From Malacoraja senta (lineage: Eukaryota), in NCBI GenBank assembly GCA_038087875.1, contig JAXLNO010000068.1:62001-100865 (forward strand): 38,865 nucleotides of DNA, in the 5' to 3' direction. A program made the position numbers and the translations under genes. Below the pieces are notes generated by a model that did not search any database, was not told where the DNA came from, and worked only from the letters and a program-made list of their open reading frames with translations. Positions 33,625 to 38,865 of the stretch are shown one piece after another (within the stretch, counting starts at the first letter, position 1; each line of letters begins with the position of its first letter).

Positions 33625-34552
33625 GTGGAGGTTATGACAGCAGCCGGGAGGAATAGTACCCAGAAGCAGTACATTTCCTATATAAAGAAATGGGAGGTGT
33701 TTTGTTCAGGAAAGAATATTGCATATAACACAGTAGAAATTTCAGATGTAATAAAGTTTCTTTCAACTCTACACTATGAATTGAAATTAAGTTATAGTGC
33801 AATTAATACTGCACGAAGTGCACTCTCTGCATATTTAAGCAGTGAATCAGAACAAACTCCAATTGGAGCACATCCTTGGGTCTGTAGGTTTATGAAAGGA
33901 ATTTCAACTCTAATCCTCCCAGACCCAGGTATACAGAAATTTCGAATGTAAAAGATGTACTGATGTTCCTAAGGAGTTGGAATCCAGTTGAAACCCTGTC
34001 ATTATCCAAAATTACCATGAAATTGGTTATGCTCATGGCATTAGTTTCAGCGCAGAGAGTTCAAACATTACAGAAACTCAGAATTGATAGAATGAAAGTA
34101 GGGCAAAATGCCGTGACATTCTATGTCTATGATTTACTGAAGCAAAGTAGACCTGGGTCCACAGGATGCAAGTTGGAATTTTTAGCATTACCTACAGATT
34201 CACGACTGTGTGTAGTAACATATGTGAAATGTTACATAGAAACAACAAAAGTTTTAAGAGGCGCCGAATTGGCATTTTTTATTAGTCATAAAAAGCCTCA
34301 TAAGAAAGTATCAACACAAACAATTTCACGATGGTTGAAACAGGTGTTGAGATATTCAGGTATTGATACTGATAAATTTAAATCTCATTCCACGAGGGCG
34401 GCATCAACATCAGCGGCCAGGGATTCAGCGTGCCAATAGACCTTATTCTCGCGGCCGCAGGATGGGCAAGTGAACAGATGTTTCACAAGTATTACCACAA
34501 GGAGATTAAAGATCTCAGAGGGTTTGGTGATGCCGTGCTGGATACAGTATTA
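33625..34552 (+). pseudogene. DIRS tyrosine recombinase (frameshifted)
   Basis: YSAINTARSALS, SAQRVQTL, ISRWLK, KSHSTRAASTS, then AAGWAS..F.KYY in a shifted frame. Confidence 0.88.
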
Positions 34553-34769
34553 AATCCCCCATTATAAATGGGCCTAATTTTAGTTATTTTTATTAAAATA
34601 AATAAAACCATTAACTGATTACATTCAAATGTTGTGGTTATGCATTGTTGATTGTGCTTACTCAAATAGAGTCAATCGATGCAGTGAACACCCGGATTTG
34701 AATCCACGGTGTGATATCACAGAGCTTTGAAATCTTCACGTAGTCACTCACGTGACTCCGAAGTAAAAT

Positions 34770-35070
34770 AGTAAGATTAAACGAGAACTTACCAAGTTTG
34801 AAGTTTGATCTTTATTTTATGAGGAGTAACGTTGAGGGATTACGTGCCCTCCGCTCCCACCCTCATAAAAAGATCAAGCTGGTAGTTCTAAGTCTTTATG
34901 CATCTTACTATCATACTTCAGTAATTATCGTCTGTGATTGTCACTCCGCTGCTTTGAAAGATTGACGCGTGTGCGGCTGGACGGGGTCTTCTTCACGTAA
35001 TCCCTCAACGTTACTCCTCATAAAATAAAGATCAAACTTCAAACTTGGTAAGTTCTCGTTTAATCTTACT
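34770..35070. repeat. 77-bp inverted repeat: DIRS internal complementary region (34770-34846) and 3' terminal extension (34994-35070)
   Basis: agtaagattaaacg...gggattacgtg is the exact reverse complement of cacgtaatccc...cgtttaatcttact. Confidence 0.9.
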
Positions 35071-37109
35071 AATTTACATTACAAAACCAGAAATTAGTAT
35101 TCCAAACTTATTAGAGCTAATAACCCAATTTGGTTCACTCTCAGGATACAGAATAAATTGGAATAAAAGTTAAATTATGCCAATAAGGGAACACAACAAA
35201 CAGATAATACAACAATTTCCATTTAAAATAGTAAACGAAAAATTCAAATACCTAGGTATTTACATAACTAAGATATATACATCATTATTTAAAGCAAATT
35301 TTCCCCCATTACTGAACAAACTACATAAGAATATTCAATATTGGAAAACACTTCCTATCTCAATGGTTGGCAAAATTAATGCCATAAAAATGATTTTTTT
35401 ACCGCAAATATTATACCCTTTTCAGACAATTCCGATATATTTGTCAAAAAACTTTTTTTTTAAATTGGATTCCATTGTTAATGATTTTATCTGGGATTAT
35501 AAGAATCATAGGATAAACAAAAGACATTTGTGTAAATCAAAAATAAATGGAGGCTTGGTTTTACCAAACTTTCTGTTTTATTTTTGGGCAGTTAATATTA
35601 AAAATATGAATTTCTGGTTGGAAGAAATAGATCAACAACCAGATTGGTTATAAATGGAAAAGGAAGATTGTTTACCTTTTGATATCGGCTCGATATTATT
35701 TGCTATGTCTAAATTAAACAAAAAAATTTATAGGGAAAACCCTATAATATTTAGTGCTATACGAATTTGGAAACAATTAAAAAAGACATTAAAATTAGAT
35801 AATTTATCACTTTTTCTTCCAATTGTGAATAACCCTTTGTTTGAGCCCTCATGGTTGGACAGGGGTTTTACACAATGGAAGAATTATGGAATTAAAAATA
35901 TGGGACGACTTTACAAGGAAGGCACTTTTCTGACATTTCAGGAGATGCAACAGACTTATGGACTTCAAGGAAATGATTATTTCAGATATCTTCAACTCAG
36001 AGATTATGTAAAATCGAATACTCAAAATTTTCGAATTAGAAATTCAGAAATTCTTGACGAATGTTGGAATAAACATCCTAATACAGAAAAATTAATATCT
36101 TATATATATAATATTTTATTAGACAGTGACATTCCATCGACGGACTTACACAGACAAACATGGGAAAAAGAATTAAATCAAATAATAATGAAAGATACTT
36201 GGGAAGAAAGTTTACAACACATACATCAATGTTCATTAAATGCCAGACATTCCTTAATACAATTTAAAGTAATACATAGGTTACATTATTCAAAAACAAA
36301 ATTACATAAAATCTTTCAACATATCTCACCAATATGTATTAAATGTCAACATTTAGAAGCTACCTTATCTCATATGTTTGCAAACTGTATAAAAATAAAA
36401 AAATTCTGGGTAAATATTTTTAGTATAATATCTAAAGTGAGCAGCACACAATTGGACCCGGATCCAAAATTAATAATACTCGGAACATTAGAATTAAATC
36501 AAACATTTACAACAACACAAAGAAACTTTATTGATTATAGTATAATAACGGGAAAGAAATTAATTCTAAAATTTTGGAAAGGCCCTACGGCCCCCACAAT
36601 CAAAATGTGGATTATAGAAATGACGGGGACCTTAAACGTGGAAAGAATCAGATTTTCCCTGTTGGACAAACAGGAATTATTCGTTGGAACATGGTCTCCC
36701 TTTATTGATTATTTAAAGGGTCAGAATGGTTCAGCACAGGAACCTGACTAATGCTCGGGCTAAAGAATGGATGAAATGTTATACTCTGAAATGTACGAAT
36801 ATATCTCGAATGAATTTTTTTAGTTTAATAAATTTTTCCATTCTTCTTTAACTATCTTTTTCTTTTCTGTTTTTTTTTGTTTTTTTTTCATTTCCTTTCT
36901 CTCTTTTCTTCTCTCTCTTTTCTTTCTTTACTTCATCTATCTTTTTAGTTCTATCTAGTTTAACAAAAACAAAAAAAGGCAAAAGGTATTGGAGACAATG
37001 TAATAATAATTGACAATATTATCAATTCAAAAATGTAAGACTGGTAATGATGTTAATAGGTGGTGTACTTATCTCCAATAAAAAATATTTTCAAAAAAAA
37101 AAAAAAAAA
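35071..37109 (+). mobile_element. L1-clade LINE, 3' half of ORF2 (with stops), T-rich 3' UTR and poly(A)
   Basis: FGSLSGYRINWNKS, FKYLGI, GKINAIKM, GGLVLPNF, C-terminal CIKC...HMFANC knuckle; AATAAA 37077-37082; A17 at 37093-37109. Confidence 0.92.
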
Positions 37110-37575
37110 TGGCAGACCCCTTATTCTCAATCTGTGTGTGTGGCCCCTGGTTCTGGACTCCCCCAACATCAGGAACAGCGTGTCCAAACCCTTAACAATC
37201 TTATATGTTTCAATAAGATGCCCTCTCATCCTTCTAAACTCCAGAGTGTACAAGCCCAGCCGCTCCATTCTCTCAGCGTATGACAGTCCCGCCATCCCGG
37301 GAATTAACCTTGTAAACCTACGCTGCACCCCCTCAATAGCAAGAATATCCTTCCTCAAATTAGGGGACCAAAACTGCACACAATACTCCAGGTGTGGTCT
37401 CACCAGGGCCCTGTACAACTGCAGAAGGACCTCTTTGCTCCTATACTCAACTCCTCTTGTTATAAAGGCCAACAGACCAAAACTGCACACAATACTCCAG
37501 GTGTGGTCTCACCAGGGCCCTGTACAACTGCAGAAGGACCTCTTTGCTCCTGTACTCAACTCCTCTTGTTATGAG
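37110..37575 (-). mobile_element. CR1 fragment with an internal ~97-bp direct duplication
   Basis: ORF 37053-37490 has CR1 motifs; 37367-37462 is repeated at 37476-37572. Confidence 0.88.
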
Positions 37576-37729
37576 GAATAGATCGGGTAGAATCTTTTGC
37601 CCAGATTAGGGGAATCGAGGACCAGAGGACATGGGTTTAAGGATTCTGACTCGCTGCTGCCACCCAGTGGGAGAGAGATTCACCACAACAACCTCCCTGT
37701 TGCAACGTTACACCCACAGAGATACTGAT

Positions 37730-38430
37730 AACAAATTTGAGGAAGGACATTCTTGCTATTGAGGGAGCCCAGCGTAGGTTCACCAGGTTAATTCCCGGGA
37801 TGGCGGGACTGTCATACGCTGAGAGAATGGAACATCTGGGCTTGTACACTCTGGAGTTTAGAAGAATGAGAGGGGATCTCATTGAAACATATAAGATTGT
37901 CAAGAGCTTGGACACGCTAGAGGCAGGAAACATGTTCCCCATGTTGGGGGAGTCCAGAACTAGGGGCCACACACAGTTTAAGAATAAGGGGTCGGCAATT
38001 TAGAACAGAGACGAGGAAAAACTTTTCCACCCAGAGTTGTGAATCTGTGGCCATTTGGGACTGAGATGAGGTGAAACTTTTCCACCCAGAGAGTTGTGTG
38101 AATCTGTGGAATTCTCTGCCTCAGAGGGCGGTGGAGGCCGGTTCTCTGGATGCTTTCAATAGACAATAGGCAATAGACAGTAGGGCAGGAGTAGGCCATT
38201 TGGCCCCTCGAGCCAGCACCACTATTCAATGTGATCATGGCTGATCATCCACAATCAGTACCTTTTCAAGAGAGAGCTAGATAGGGCTCTTAAAAATAGC
38301 GGAGTCAGGGGATATGGGGAGTAGGCAGGAACGGGGTACTGATTGGGGATGATCAGCCATGATCACAGTGAATGGCGGTGCTGGCTCGAAGGGCTGAATG
38401 GCCTCTACTCCTGCACCTATTGTCTATTGT
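37730..38430 (+). mobile_element. CR1 3' fragment containing an antisense CR1 tail insertion (38160-38263)
   Basis: RKDILAIEG..RRMRGDLIETYK; insert flanked by tttcaa (38154-38159, 38264-38269). Confidence 0.85.
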
Positions 38431-38609
38431 GGATCTCAGGGTACACACGAGCGCTGGTCTGGGCTGCTTGGGAGAGTACAGGGGGGTCGGGAGTGCCCCG
38501 GTTGGTACAGGAACAGACCCTTCGGCCCACCATGTCCGTACCGAACATTATGCCAAGTTAAACCAATCTACTCAAACTGATCCCGATCCATATCCTTATA
38601 AGCCTCTTA

Positions 38610-38865
38610 AACATAGACAATAGGCGCAGGAGTAGGCCATTTGTATTGCCTTTCCGCTGACTGGTTAGCACGCAACAAAAGCTTTTCACTGCACAATAGA
38701 CAATAGGTGCAGGAGTAGAGGCCATTTGGCCCTTCGAGCCAGCACCGCCATTCAATGTGATCATTGCTGATCATCCCCAATCAGTACCCCGTTCCTGCCT
38801 TCTCACCATATCCCCTGACTCCGCTATCTTTAAGAGCTCTATCTAGCTCTCTCTTGAAAGCATCC
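38610..38865 (-). mobile_element. CR1 3' end fragments running off the window
   Basis: caatagacaataggtgcaggag...gatcatccccaatcagtaccccgttcc family 3' UTR. Confidence 0.85.

Larger units (their letters stand above)
29234..35070 (+). mobile_element. Degraded DIRS1-like tyrosine recombinase retrotransposon, left terminus missing
   Basis: Gene order RT (AYLDDILIVG ~32302), RNase H, methyltransferase-like domain, tyrosine recombinase; then ICR and right terminal repeat. Confidence 0.92.

Overview
Eukaryotic, repeat-saturated DNA with no intact host gene. The CR1/HER1-type LINE tails and Penelope pseudo-LTRs suggest a cartilaginous fish such as a skate or ray (inference). Positions 1-7787 form a ~7.8 kb imperfect palindrome made of a degraded Gypsy pol/3'LTR nested in a Penelope RT; its centre carries nested inverted repeats and a templated junction. 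The left arm alone carries a fold-back Penelope pseudo-LTR with hammerhead ribozyme motifs on both strands and a 15-bp TSD. Between ~8.2 and 28.5 kb, at least four diverged copies of a non-TE unit (modules D-C-B-A, minus strand) lie hidden among TE fragments. Once the TEs are removed, the modules rejoin into long degraded reading frames with colinear motif matches, by eye, to paramyxovirus matrix (M) protein. This is a candidate tandemly amplified endogenous paramyxovirus-like element and is unconfirmed without a profile search. The right part holds a degraded DIRS1-like element (with a nested young Penelope copy), the 3' half of an L1-clade LINE with poly(A), and clustered CR1 3' ends. There are also two minisatellites, a solo LTR and a GC-rich non-autonomous retroelement family.
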